64,000 nt of DNA, from assembly GCA_963666345.1 (NCBI GenBank), contig OY762721.1, forward strand, positions 416,001 through 480,000, in the 5' to 3' direction. How positions within the stretch are numbered: the first letter of the stretch is position 1; each line of letters begins with the position of its first letter. The notes under the pieces were generated by a model. The model saw only the letters and a program-made list of their open reading frames with translations. It searched no databases and was not told the DNA's origin. Shown here in pieces: positions 8,640 to 18,294 of this stretch. This DNA comes from Desulfatiglandales bacterium. GTDB lineage: Bacteria > Desulfobacterota > DSM-4660 > Desulfatiglandales > Desulfatiglandaceae. A program made the position numbers and the translations under genes.

Positions 8640-9047
8640 TTACTTATAACAAGCCTTTTTCCACGCCTTTATTCCACCCAAAAGGGCCTTTACATTATTG
8701 TAGCCTTTATTGATATACTCTCCTGCCAGACCGGCAGATGTGGCCTCATTGGCTCACTTGCAATAAAAGATTATCTCGCTGTCCGTTGAAAGCCGTGGAA
8801 GCCTTTCTTCCAGTTCAGAGCGAAATATCGCGCCTTCAAGGATCTTTCCCTCACAAGCCTTGTCATCATATGCACAGACAAAAAGCGCCTCGCCCGAAAC
8901 GACCTTCCGGTGCGCCTCCTCAACTCCTATTCGCTCAACCACAAGACCTTTCTTGGTCTGACTTGTCCAACCTGTTGATGAAGCAATAAACAGGGCAAAC
9001 ATTACGGAAACCACCAACACCACGGTGAAACCATAATTTTTTTTCAT
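8640..9047 (-). CDS. Rhodanese-like probable selenoprotein (C96-K-U98) with N-terminal signal/TM segment, 135 aa
   Basis: The ORF stops at IIFYCK-TGA (8754-8756) but continues in frame as ANEATSAGLAGEYINKGYNNVKALLGGIKAWKKACYK-TAA, which contains the rhodanese LxGGxxxW signature; AGGAGG RBS before ATG 9047. Confidence 0.85.
8722..8738 (-). promoter_or_regulatory. Bacterial SECIS-like hairpin for the rhodanese selenoprotein
   Basis: Minus strand UCUGCC-GGUCU-GGCAGG; loop starts 22 nt after the UGA. Confidence 0.75.
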
Positions 9048-9112
9048 ATATTGACCTCCTTTCCTGATATGACATATCCTGGGTTTATGATTCTCGAAAA
9101 GGAGCCCTGCCT

Positions 9113-10318
9113 TTGTCACCTAAACAAGACACGAACAACTGCCCCGCCCCGGAACCGCTCAGAAATCATCTGGGTGTTGTCATATTTCTGACCCTCCTTT
9201 TTCTGATATCATTTCTTGCCAGATTTATATTTTCTCCCCTCATGCCCTCTATTGAAAAGGACCTGGGCGTCACACACGCGCAGGCAGGCTCGCTTTTCAT
9301 GGTCCTTTCGATCGGGTTCCTGACAGCTCAGCTGAGCTCCGGTTTTCTTACATCCCGGATACTTCACAGGGGCTCAATAATTACATCAGCCATTGCCATG
9401 GGGTTTTTCCTGATTCTCTTTTCTTTCCTCAGCTCCCTGAACCAGATTCGCCTGGTCATGGTGCTGCTCGGCATGGCCGCCGGGCTTCATCTTCCTTCCG
9501 CGGTAGCCACGATAACGGCCATGATAGATCGTCAGGACTGGGGCAAGGCCCTCGGGGTTCATCAAACCGCCCCAAGCATTGCCCTGGTAATGGGACCGCT
9601 TCTGGTTGTGGCACTGCCGCTTTCCTGGAGGACACTCCTTCTGCTGATAGGGATTTTATCCATTGCAGGAGGGATATCCTTTTTTATCTTTAACGGATCA
9701 GGAAGATTCCCCGGCCAGCAGCCCAGGCCTGCCAACGTGAAAGCGCTCCTTTCCTTGAAATCGTTCTGGATAATGGTCGCCCTGTTTTCCATGGGTATCG
9801 CTTCAAGTGCAGGGCTTTACACAATGATCCCGCTGTATCTTGCCTCGGAAAAGGGTTTTGATCCTGACACGGCCAATTTTCTTCTCGGTCTGTCCAGGGT
9901 TTCAGGTCTTTTCATAGTCATTGTTGCGGGATGGGTTGTCGACAGAATCGGTGAAAAAAAGACATTGTCAGGGGTCCTTTTTTTCTCCGGCCTGGGAACC
10001 ATCCTCCTTGGCCTTGCTTCCTCAAAATGGATCGTTCCGGCGCTTTTTCTTCAGCCTCTTATTGCATCCGGTTTTTTCCCTCCCGGATTCGCGGCCCTTT
10101 CACGGATAGTCTCACCAAGTTTCAGAAGTCTTGCTACTTCGCTTGTAGTTTCGATCGGCTTTCTTTTTGGAGGTGGTATGGTGCCTATGTTCCTTGGGTT
10201 GATGGGTGAAAAGGGGAACTTCGGTCTCGGGATTGTGCTACTGGGAGCTTTTACCGGCTTGATCCCGGTACTTTCCCTTTTTCTCAGGTTAAAACAGATG
10301 GAGGAACCCGGCTGCTGA
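9113..10318 (+). CDS. MFS transporter
   Basis: About 12 hydrophobic segments, motif A-like GWVVDRIGEK; AGGAG RBS before TTG. Confidence 0.9.
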   Translation: MSPKQDTNNCPAPEPLRNHLGVVIFLTLLFLISFLARFIFSPLMPSIEKDLGVTHAQAGSLFMVLSIGFLTAQLSSGFLTSRILHRGSIITSAIAMGFFLILFSFLSSLNQIRLVMVLLGMAAGLHLPSAVATITAMIDRQDWGKALGVHQTAPSIALVMGPLLVVALPLSWRTLLLLIGILSIAGGISFFIFNGSGRFPGQQPRPANVKALLSLKSFWIMVALFSMGIASSAGLYTMIPLYLASEKGFDPDTANFLLGLSRVSGLFIVIVAGWVVDRIGEKKTLSGVLFFSGLGTILLGLASSKWIVPALFLQPLIASGFFPPGFAALSRIVSPSFRSLATSLVVSIGFLFGGGMVPMFLGLMGEKGNFGLGIVLLGAFTGLIPVLSLFLRLKQMEEPGC

Positions 10319-10387
10319 CCAGGTCCCGGGGCAGATTCGACAACAGGAATGGACATTCATCAGCGGATGGAGGATTTTCAGTATTTT

Positions 10388-10537
10388 CTAACCCCTTCCG
10401 TCGTCACACGGTTCATCATCGTTTGTTGCCCTGGCATGTTCGGCACTGGGAGCAGTGGTACAATATTCAAGGTCCTCTTCAGAATCCTTTTTTATTGCCT
10501 CTTTTTTCTTTTTTTCTTCATTCTTTTTATCATCCAT
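10388..10537 (-). CDS. Small charged 49-aa peptide with two Cys (CTTAPSAEHARA...EPCDDGRG)
   Basis: AAGGAG RBS, ATG at 10537, co-oriented directly downstream of the 82-aa gene. Confidence 0.6.
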   Translation of the reverse strand: MDDKKNEEKKKKEAIKKDSEEDLEYCTTAPSAEHARATNDDEPCDDGRG

Positions 10538-10592
10538 TTCTATCTTTCTCCTTGAAAAGGACCAAAAAAAATGCAACCCAGACAGACGGGGC

Positions 10593-10841
10593 CTATTTTG
10601 CAAGGTCCTTTATGTACTGGGCTATTATTATACCAAGATATATGCAGGCGTTACCCTCGATACATCGGTCGGCATCGCCTTTGTCCAAAAAGGCGTGCCG
10701 CTCCAGATCATCCTTTTTGAATGTTATGACCCATGCATCTTTGGCTTCATCAAATTCCAGGGCCATAGACAGATCATAAGTTCCGATTTCCGGATACATT
10801 TCAAAGAGCTTTTTCCTTAAGTCTTCCTCAGCATAACTCAT
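10593..10841 (-). CDS. Small hypothetical protein with CxxGxxC motif
   Basis: GAGGAGG RBS before ATG 10841; globular, acidic composition. Confidence 0.75.
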   Translation of the reverse strand: MSYAEEDLRKKLFEMYPEIGTYDLSMALEFDEAKDAWVITFKKDDLERHAFLDKGDADRCIEGNACIYLGIIIAQYIKDLAK

Positions 10842-11064
10842 GGACAACCTCCTCGATACGGTTAACAGGTATGATCATAGAATCCGTGTCCCCTGGGCAT
10901 TAAAACTTCGGTTTACAAAATAAGATATGTATTAAAAGGGATAAATCAACGAAACCTTCCGGATCGACTGACCCGTTTTTTACATCAATATTAATTATCA
11001 ACCCCTTCCCAATCCGTCCGGATATAGGTTTCCGATAATTGAACGGTTCAGCCGGCATCCTTTT

Positions 11065-11550
11065 CTAAAGAGATGCCTTCTCAAGGATATAAATATCCTC
11101 TCTATCGGCCTTGCCGGGGTTAACCGGATAACGGGTATGGGCTATGACACTTAATCCTCCCTCAGGGACAAGGGAGATCTCCTGCTCCGTGTCCTCGGAA
11201 TCGTTGTGCCATGAAACAAGAATGACCCCGTCGTCACAGTCGGACACATGGGTCTCCCTGTAGCCCCAGTAGCAGTCATCAGGGCTGCATTTGCTCCACA
11301 CATGGATTTGAATCGTGGTAAGTTTTCTTTCGATCTTGACGGTTGTTATCCCTTGGGGCCTTACGGTATCCTTATTGACCCATGTGCCAGCAAACTCCGT
11401 GGCCTTTGCACCTGGCTGACCTAGCTTTTCCTCAGGCCCCTTACCCTTGCTGTAGAAATAAAACATGGCTACCAGCGCGGCAGCTATACTGATGACCGCA
11501 AAACTTACGCTTATTGCCTTTCTTATATCCATTCCATCACCATCACTCAT
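11065..11550 (-). CDS. Membrane-anchored hypothetical protein
   Basis: N-terminal TM helix, GTWVN and CSPDDCYWG beta-rich domain. Confidence 0.7.
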   Translation of the reverse strand: MSDGDGMDIRKAISVSFAVISIAAALVAMFYFYSKGKGPEEKLGQPGAKATEFAGTWVNKDTVRPQGITTVKIERKLTTIQIHVWSKCSPDDCYWGYRETHVSDCDDGVILVSWHNDSEDTEQEISLVPEGGLSVIAHTRYPVNPGKADREDIYILEKASL

Positions 11551-11917
11551 AAAAATTTAGGCGCCTTGCGACCTCTTTACCTCATTTTCAAAATATTCAG
11601 AAAGAAGGATAAACGGCCTGTTTTTTTGATATAAGGGAGCCATACAATCTATTATCCTTTTAATTCCATAAATGCAACCGGCTGACGGGACGCTAAATTG
11701 GCATCAAGAAGTAACATTTCCGTGCCTTATACGTTTGGAGTTGATCAGATGAAGGCAGGAAAAATTTTGTTCAGGTTTTCTACACATATCAAACTCTACC
11801 TTTTGACATGAAATTCAAATTTAACAACCAGAACAACGAATAACAAAACGGTGACAGAAATAATTCCTGCCGATAGGGCGGGACAACTGCGCTTTTTACG
11901 AAACCGTCAGGGTTGCA

Positions 11918-12415
11918 TCAGTCAAGCCTGTAACACTTAAGTATCTCCCCGAAATAGAGCGTATGGTAGTCTTTCTCAGGATAAAGCTTTTCATATTCCG
12001 CTATTAGATTATTTCTGTCCATGGGTGCCTTAAAAACGATCCTGCACTCAAAATGAATTCCCTTTGTCTTTATAACCGGGGATATGACACTCTTTGCAGG
12101 TACTGTCTCAAGGTTCAGCTCTTTTAACTTGTCATGATCGCGACCGGATTTCGTGCCGCAGAACATTATGGCATCCTTCATGTCCGACTCCGGCACCGTG
12201 ACCGTAAAATCCTCCGCCTTTTCCATTATGCCGAAGGTATGGCGTGAGTCCCTTACAGCCACCATAAATACTGGTTTTCTCCATACATAACCTATGAGGG
12301 CCCAACCGATGGTCATGGTGTTGAGGTTATTACCTGTCTTAACGGTCAAAAAGGCACCGCTCTTAATCCGTTCCATCGCCTCTTCGGCAATCTCCATGTA
12401 ATCGATATCTTTCAT
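11918..12415 (-). CDS. Flavin reductase-like (FMN split-barrel) protein
   Basis: NTMTIGW, CGTKSGRDxDK, HTLYFGEI motifs. Confidence 0.9.
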   Translation of the reverse strand: MKDIDYMEIAEEAMERIKSGAFLTVKTGNNLNTMTIGWALIGYVWRKPVFMVAVRDSRHTFGIMEKAEDFTVTVPESDMKDAIMFCGTKSGRDHDKLKELNLETVPAKSVISPVIKTKGIHFECRIVFKAPMDRNNLIAEYEKLYPEKDYHTLYFGEILKCYRLD

Positions 12416-12722
12416 AACCGATGTCTCCTTTCATTTACTGTTTTAACCGCAGAAACTCATTTACGCCGCAAAAGGATATTTACCGCCTGATTATGGGCTG
12501 AAAGCTTTAGTTCAGGTTTGCGGGATTAAAGCCGGCTGCCTGTAAAAAACAATTCCATCCGGAAAGCGCTTTAAAATTGGCATTATAGTAGAATAGATCT
12601 CTTCAAAAATAAACCATGAACAGGGATCAGGTGCCCAAATGAGCCCTTGAAAAGCTGCAATGCAGGGGGTATAAAGTCCCATTAGTTTAAAGCCCGTCAG
12701 GTTTAAAGGAGGGTAAAAAATC

Positions 12723-13331
12723 ATGCCTGTTTCATTATCGGAAAAATTGCGTATACCCTTTACAAGGATCGCGGTACTTATCCTGTGCGCATCCATCATT
12801 TTATCGACAAGCAGATGGGAGCATATCTCGATTTTAAGCGATATATTGTTTTTAACAGGATGCGTGCTCGCAGGAGTCGCATCATTGGGCCGTCTTTGGT
12901 GTTCCCTATATATCGCAGGATATAAAAACGCTACTCTTGTAACAGAAGGGCCCTATTCTATCACAAGAAACCCTCTTTATTTCTTCAGCCTCATAGGAGC
13001 GGTAGGTGTTGGACTCGCTACAGAGACATTGTTTATTCCTTTAGCGATCATAATTCTCTTCTCCATCTATTACCCGAGCGTGATCAAGAGCGAGGAGGAC
13101 AGGTTGTCGGACACCCATGGAAGAGCCTTTGATGCTTATTCAAAAAAGACTCCTGCCTTTTTCCCGAATTTATTTCTATTGAAAGAGCCGAACACATATA
13201 TTGTAAATCCGAAGATTTTCAGGAAAAACCTGATGGGAGCGCTTTGGTTTGTATGGTTCATAGGGATTTTAGAGCTTGTAGAGGCGTTTCATGAAGCGAA
13301 TATAATACCAGTTGTTCTGGAGATATATTAG
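12723..13331 (+). CDS. Isoprenylcysteine/phospholipid methyltransferase (ICMT/PEMT) family membrane protein
   Basis: LVTEGPYSxxRNPLY and EE..L...G..F..Y....P motifs. Confidence 0.9.
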   Translation: MPVSLSEKLRIPFTRIAVLILCASIILSTSRWEHISILSDILFLTGCVLAGVASLGRLWCSLYIAGYKNATLVTEGPYSITRNPLYFFSLIGAVGVGLATETLFIPLAIIILFSIYYPSVIKSEEDRLSDTHGRAFDAYSKKTPAFFPNLFLLKEPNTYIVNPKIFRKNLMGALWFVWFIGILELVEAFHEANIIPVVLEIY

Positions 13332-13408
13332 TCTTCTTTTGAGAAGAGACCTATAAATTGAAGGCCGTTTAAAGACAACCCCCAAAAGGATTTCAGGAAA
13401 GAAATATA

Positions 13409-14473
13409 ATGGGAATAAAATTCAGGCATATCAGTACACAGAACAGTCTCATAAACCCTTTAAAGGGCTTCACTCCGGATGAGATACCGCTTGAGATACG
13501 ATTCGACCCGCTCACGGGGCAGACCGGGAGGGTATTCGATCTTCCCTACAGACCCCCTGAAAGACCCGACCTTCAGAAAGTGGTAGAAAAATCAAGAGAG
13601 ATCTTCTGCCCCTTCTGCCCTGATACGCTGGCAAATTCGACACCTCTTTTCCCGGAGGAGCTTATCCCGGAGGGAAGAATAACGGTTGGAAAGGCCACTT
13701 TGATCCCCAACCTGCTCCCGCTTGACACCTACGCGGCCGTGACGGTGATCTCCGATGAGCACTATATAGCAATGGAAGACCTTGTCCCCGAAAGGATCAC
13801 GGATGCCTTTATAGCGGCTCACAGATTTATAAAGAGGGTCCTTAATGCCGATCCCGCCATGAATTATTTCTATATAAACTGGAACTACATGCCGCCTGCC
13901 GGTTCCAGCATGGTTCACCCCCACATTCAGGTGAACTGCGGAAGCGTGCCCACCAACCAGCACAGGCTCCAGATCGAGGCATGCAGGAGCTATCGTGAGG
14001 CTAATGGAAGCGACTTCTGGGCCGACTACATGGAGGCGGAAAAAATAGAAAAAGAGCGTTATCTTGGAGAATCGGGCGAAGGCACTTTCTGGGTCATGAA
14101 CTATGTACCCCAGAGCTTTATCCCTGATGTGTGGTGCGTATTCAAAGGGCATGACTCGCTTGAATTCATTTCCGAAGGAGAGATTTTCTCCTTTGTCGAG
14201 GGGCTTTCAAGGATATTGAAATACTACCACAGTCAAAATATCTACAGCTTCAACATGGGGCTTTTCTCCGTAAGGCAAGACGATGACTTCAGAATCAATG
14301 CAAAAATCTGCCCGAGGCTTCTGCCGAGGGACATAGGCAACAGCGATCAGACCTACTTCCAGACGGTGCACAAAGAACCATGCAGCGTCTGGAGACCCGA
14401 GTCAATATGTCCCATGGTAAGGGATTTTTTCAATGATGGTCAGGCCACTATAGATGGTCGCGAACGACCTTGA
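13409..14473 (+). CDS. GalT-family (HIT superfamily) nucleotidyltransferase
   Basis: RxDPLTG, CPFCP, AGSSxxHPHxQ catalytic motif. Confidence 0.85.
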   Translation: MGIKFRHISTQNSLINPLKGFTPDEIPLEIRFDPLTGQTGRVFDLPYRPPERPDLQKVVEKSREIFCPFCPDTLANSTPLFPEELIPEGRITVGKATLIPNLLPLDTYAAVTVISDEHYIAMEDLVPERITDAFIAAHRFIKRVLNADPAMNYFYINWNYMPPAGSSMVHPHIQVNCGSVPTNQHRLQIEACRSYREANGSDFWADYMEAEKIEKERYLGESGEGTFWVMNYVPQSFIPDVWCVFKGHDSLEFISEGEIFSFVEGLSRILKYYHSQNIYSFNMGLFSVRQDDDFRINAKICPRLLPRDIGNSDQTYFQTVHKEPCSVWRPESICPMVRDFFNDGQATIDGRERP

Positions 14474-14972
14474 GCAGCTTTTCTATGTCCCCTGCACCCA
14501 GTTTTCCATCCTTTCTGAAGATAAGCCGCCCCTCGCGGTCAAAGGCGAGCACATCGCTGGTGTCGTCTGACAGGCCCCATTTTTCAACAAGCGCCTTTTT
14601 GTAATCCCTCACATAGGTCGTTCTGGGGTATTGTTTCTGTTTTTTCTTGAGCGAGGAGGATATGGCAAAATTGGGGAGCCATGTGGCGGCCATATTTATT
14701 ATGGCCACGGACTGGTACTTCTCATCCGGGAAGTTTTCTTTTTTGAGTGCCTCACTGGCATCGTTATTCAAATCCTTTTCATCAGGGTCCACATAAAAGA
14801 GCACAAACACCCTGCCCCGCATTTCATCGCTGCTCCATGCCGCGCCGTCAAGGCGTCCTCCCAGATCCTCCTTAAGCTCAATTCTTTCAGGGATCTCCCC
14901 CGGTTTGACCTCTGCATAGGCAAAAGAGGCAACAAAAAACATAGACACCAGGATAAAAAGAATGCGCTTCAT
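14448..14972 (-). CDS. YtfJ-like exported protein
   Basis: Signal peptide, WSSxxxxGxV, AIIN, WGL...VLAFDxxG pattern. Confidence 0.7.
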   Translation of the reverse strand: MKRILFILVSMFFVASFAYAEVKPGEIPERIELKEDLGGRLDGAAWSSDEMRGRVFVLFYVDPDEKDLNNDASEALKKENFPDEKYQSVAIINMAATWLPNFAISSSLKKKQKQYPRTTYVRDYKKALVEKWGLSDDTSDVLAFDREGRLIFRKDGKLGAGDIEKLLKVVRDHL

Positions 14973-15370
14973 ATCTGACCTCCTTTTTTGACCCCCATAT
15001 TACAATCATTGAAGCGAAGAATCTTGCCCTCCAGGACCCGGGTTTATCCGCACGAAAACATCTTCTCCCGAATACAGTCATAAAAAGTTCTTGAAATGAG
15101 ATTAAAGGCATGCGATCAGAGGATATAATAGCATGTGATGCTGTTCTTTTAAACATCAATATAAAGACACCACCGCCCGCACGACCAGGCACCGATCTGT
15201 CCCTGAAAGGGGCTTGGTTGCCATAACGGTAATCAGGATGCCTGAAGTGAGCCGAGACATCCGGAATGAATCCGACTAATCTTTCACAGATAACAGGAGT
15301 CCGTCCTGGTCCGGCTCACAGAGCCGGTGACACTCAGGTGAAACATGAGATTCTCAAGGAGAATAGGACA

Positions 15371-16342
15371 TTGAAAATAGTAGTACTTGACGGATACACA
15401 TTAAATCCGGGGGATAACCCCTGGGACGAGATCTCCGGGATGGGTGATCTGAAAGTCTATGAGCGCTCTCACAGAGATCAGATCCCAGCAAGGGCTCAAT
15501 CCGCGCAGATCGTCCTTACAAACAAGGCACCCATCAGCGGCGATAACATCCGTGATCTACCGGATCTCAGATTTATATCCGTGCTTGCAACAGGCTACGA
15601 CATCGTTGACATCAAAGAGGCCGGCAAGAGGGGGATTCCGGTTTCAAACGTGCCAGAGTATGGTACGGACTCTGTGGCGCAGTTTGTAATGGCACTCCTC
15701 CTGGAGTTATGTCATAATGCGGGAAGTCACTCCATGAGCGTACGCGCGGGCAAATGGTGCCTTAGCCATGACTGGTGCTTCTGGAACTCCCCCCAGATGC
15801 TTCTGAAAAATAAGAGAATGGGGATAGTCGGATTCGGTCGGATCGGCAGAAGGCTCGGAGAACTAGCTCATGCCTTCGGCATGGGGGTGTATGCCTGTGA
15901 CCCTGTCCATGAACACACGCCCGATTACAGCGGCTTTCAGTGGAAATCTCTTGAAGAACTGTTCAGCCGTTCGGATGTGGTAAGCCTCCACTGCCCTCAG
16001 ACCCCGGAAAATACCGGATTCGTCAACTCCCGGCTGCTTGACAAAATGAAGCCGGGGGCCTTTTTCATAAATGCCGCAAGGGGTGGACTGGTAAGGGAAA
16101 ACGATCTTGCATATGCCCTTGACAATGGGATCATAGGAGGAGCGGCTCTCGACGTTGTTTCATCCGAACCCCCTGAAGTGAATAACCCGCTTTTAGCCGC
16201 TAGAAACTGCATCATCACCCCGCATATGGCATGGGCATCCCTTGACGCCCGAATAAAACTGATGAAGATGACAGTGAAAAATATCAAGGCCTTTCTAGAA
16301 AACAGGCCTGAAAACGTAGTAAACAGCAGGTATTTGAGTTAA
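15371..16342 (+). CDS. D-2-hydroxyacid (glycerate/hydroxypyruvate) dehydrogenase
   Basis: KIVVLDGYTLNPGD, GxGxxG, INAARGG, ITPH; start placed at TTG 15371. Confidence 0.9.
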   Translation: MKIVVLDGYTLNPGDNPWDEISGMGDLKVYERSHRDQIPARAQSAQIVLTNKAPISGDNIRDLPDLRFISVLATGYDIVDIKEAGKRGIPVSNVPEYGTDSVAQFVMALLLELCHNAGSHSMSVRAGKWCLSHDWCFWNSPQMLLKNKRMGIVGFGRIGRRLGELAHAFGMGVYACDPVHEHTPDYSGFQWKSLEELFSRSDVVSLHCPQTPENTGFVNSRLLDKMKPGAFFINAARGGLVRENDLAYALDNGIIGGAALDVVSSEPPEVNNPLLAARNCIITPHMAWASLDARIKLMKMTVKNIKAFLENRPENVVNSRYLS

Positions 16343-16355
16343 TAAGGGATGGAAG

Positions 16356-17933
16356 CTATCCATCAACCTTATGCCGCCTGATCATATTCAAGACCGTTTT
16401 GGCCTCTGAACAGCCGATAGCAAGGGCAGTGACAAAATATATAAGCGCCCCTGAAATGACAAGGGCAGTCAACTCGAAAATCATCTTTGCAAGCCCGGAA
16501 TCGGCAGATATCTCAAACCAGTTACTGCCGAGGAAATATACACACATACCCATAAGCAGGGCTGCCGCGCCGCTCTTAGCCACGGATAAAAGCACGGGTC
16601 TCAAAAATCCCGCCCCCGCCTTTCGCCCCATGATATACACAAGCATGCAGAATTGTATGGATGAAGCAATCGACAGGGCGAAGGCGAGTCCGCCATGTTT
16701 CAGCGGTCCCATCATTGCGAGGCTTAAAAGCACATTCATGACCAGGGCCACTACCGCTACCTTCACAGGAGTCTTTGTGTCCTGAAGCGCGTAAAAGGCC
16801 GCCACCATAACCCTTATGCCTGAAAAGGCCCAGAGTCCGACAGCGTAAAAAAACAGGGCCCTGCCGGTCATCATGGTGGAATAGCCGTCAAATGCCCCTC
16901 TTTCGAAAAAGAGCATGATAATCGGTCTGCCGATTATCATTAATCCCGCCATAGAAGGAAGTGTAAGAAAAAACACCAGCCGAAGCGAGTGACTCAGGGT
17001 ATCGCTGAAGCGGTTCAGGTCATTTTCCGCCGCATGCGTGGACAGAGACGGAAGCACGGCGGTACTCACGGCAATTGCAAATACTCCAAGAGGAAACTGT
17101 ACCAGCCGGTCCGCGTAATACAGCCATGACACACTTCCTTCAGGTAGAAAGGAGGCAAGCAGCGTCCCCATGAACTGGTTGAACTGGTACACGGCCGAAC
17201 CAAAGACAGCCGGAAGCATCAGTACCCCTATTCTCTTAACCGCCGGATGCCGTGGCCGCCAGCTTGGAAACAGCCTGAAACCCTCTTTTAATGCAGCCGG
17301 TATCTGGATCACTGTCTGAAGAAAACCACCTATAAGCACACCGATTGCCAGGCCTACAATAGGCTCGCTTAGATGAGGGGAAATCAAAAAGGCGGCCCCT
17401 ATTATCCCGAGGTTTAAAAATATCGGAGCGGCGGCCGGTTCCGCAAAACGCCTGAGGGAATTGAGGAGTCCCATGAAAAACGCCACAATGCTTATAAAAA
17501 AAATATATGGAAAGGTAATCATGGTAAGAAGCACTGTAAGGTCGTATTTAACTCCTGCACCACCGAAACCGAACGCCTGTATCCTTACGATCCATGGGGA
17601 AAACAGGATACCCGCCAAAGTCACCACAACAAGGATCGCCGACAGGATCGTCAGCACGACCCGTGCCAGATCAAAGGCCTCTTTTTTCCCCTTTTTTGAA
17701 AGGTATTCAGTGAACACCGGTATAAACGATATTGTGAGAGATCCTTCTGCAAAGAGCCTCCTCAGCAGATTCGGAATCCGGAATGCGACAAAAAACGCAT
17801 CGGCCGCCATGCCCGATCCAAACAGTGCCGCCACAACAATGTCTCTCACAAGTCCCAGTATTCTACTCAGGAGCGTAAAAAACCCTACTACTCCAGCCGC
17901 CCTGCTCACCCTGCTTTTCTCGGAATATGGCAA
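16356..17933 (-). CDS. murJ: Lipid II flippase MurJ
   Basis: SRILGLVRD, AFRIPNLLRRLFAEG, YYADRLVQFPLG. Confidence 0.97.
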   Translation of the reverse strand: MPYSEKSRVSRAAGVVGFFTLLSRILGLVRDIVVAALFGSGMAADAFFVAFRIPNLLRRLFAEGSLTISFIPVFTEYLSKKGKKEAFDLARVVLTILSAILVVVTLAGILFSPWIVRIQAFGFGGAGVKYDLTVLLTMITFPYIFFISIVAFFMGLLNSLRRFAEPAAAPIFLNLGIIGAAFLISPHLSEPIVGLAIGVLIGGFLQTVIQIPAALKEGFRLFPSWRPRHPAVKRIGVLMLPAVFGSAVYQFNQFMGTLLASFLPEGSVSWLYYADRLVQFPLGVFAIAVSTAVLPSLSTHAAENDLNRFSDTLSHSLRLVFFLTLPSMAGLMIIGRPIIMLFFERGAFDGYSTMMTGRALFFYAVGLWAFSGIRVMVAAFYALQDTKTPVKVAVVALVMNVLLSLAMMGPLKHGGLAFALSIASSIQFCMLVYIMGRKAGAGFLRPVLLSVAKSGAAALLMGMCVYFLGSNWFEISADSGLAKMIFELTALVISGALIYFVTALAIGCSEAKTVLNMIRRHKVDG

Positions 17934-17953
17934 GTCTTTCTCCTAAAAATACC

Positions 17954-17983
17954 TTGACACTGAAACGATCTTTATACTAGACT
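17954..17983 (+). promoter_or_regulatory. Putative sigma-70 promoter for rpsT
   Basis: TTGACA-18 nt-TAGACT upstream of rpsT. Confidence 0.45.
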
Positions 17984-18018
17984 TACAGATTCAAATTTCT
18001 TAACTAGGAGGCATGCTC

Positions 18019-18288
18019 TTGGCAAACCATAGGTCAGCCCTTAAGAGGGCTCGTCAAAATGAAGTAAGAAGGCTGCGCAACAAAGGTTATAAAAGCAAAA
18101 CCAAAAAGGCCATCAAGGCAGTGAGAGCGGCCATAGCTGAAAATTCTCCGGAACAGGCACAGGAAAGGCTGATAAACGCCGTTTCGATCCTTCAGAAAAC
18201 CGCTTCCAAGGGCGTGATCCACAAAAATCAGGCCTCAAAGAAGATTTCGCGCCTTACTCGCCAGATCAATCAGCTCGAAGCCTCCTGA
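18019..18288 (+). CDS. rpsT: 30S ribosomal protein S20
   Basis: ANHRSALKRARQ...KGVIHKN; TTG start spaced 7 nt from AGGAGG. Confidence 0.97.
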   Translation: MANHRSALKRARQNEVRRLRNKGYKSKTKKAIKAVRAAIAENSPEQAQERLINAVSILQKTASKGVIHKNQASKKISRLTRQINQLEAS

Positions 18289-18294
18289 TTGATA

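Noticed and set aside
10310..10555. MFS ends ...PGC-TGA with an open frame after it (GCU-like read-through?)
   Set aside because: No hairpin or GGUCUG at +22; the MFS is already complete, and the extension is antisense to the 49-aa gene
11670..11710. GGGACGCTAAA resembling part of a c-di-GMP-I riboswitch
   Set aside because: Lacks the GGCAAAC/GAAA P2 and P3 elements
15180..15370. Hairpins upstream of the hydroxyacid dehydrogenase (glycine riboswitch?)
   Set aside because: The conserved GGAGA/CCGAAG core is not found
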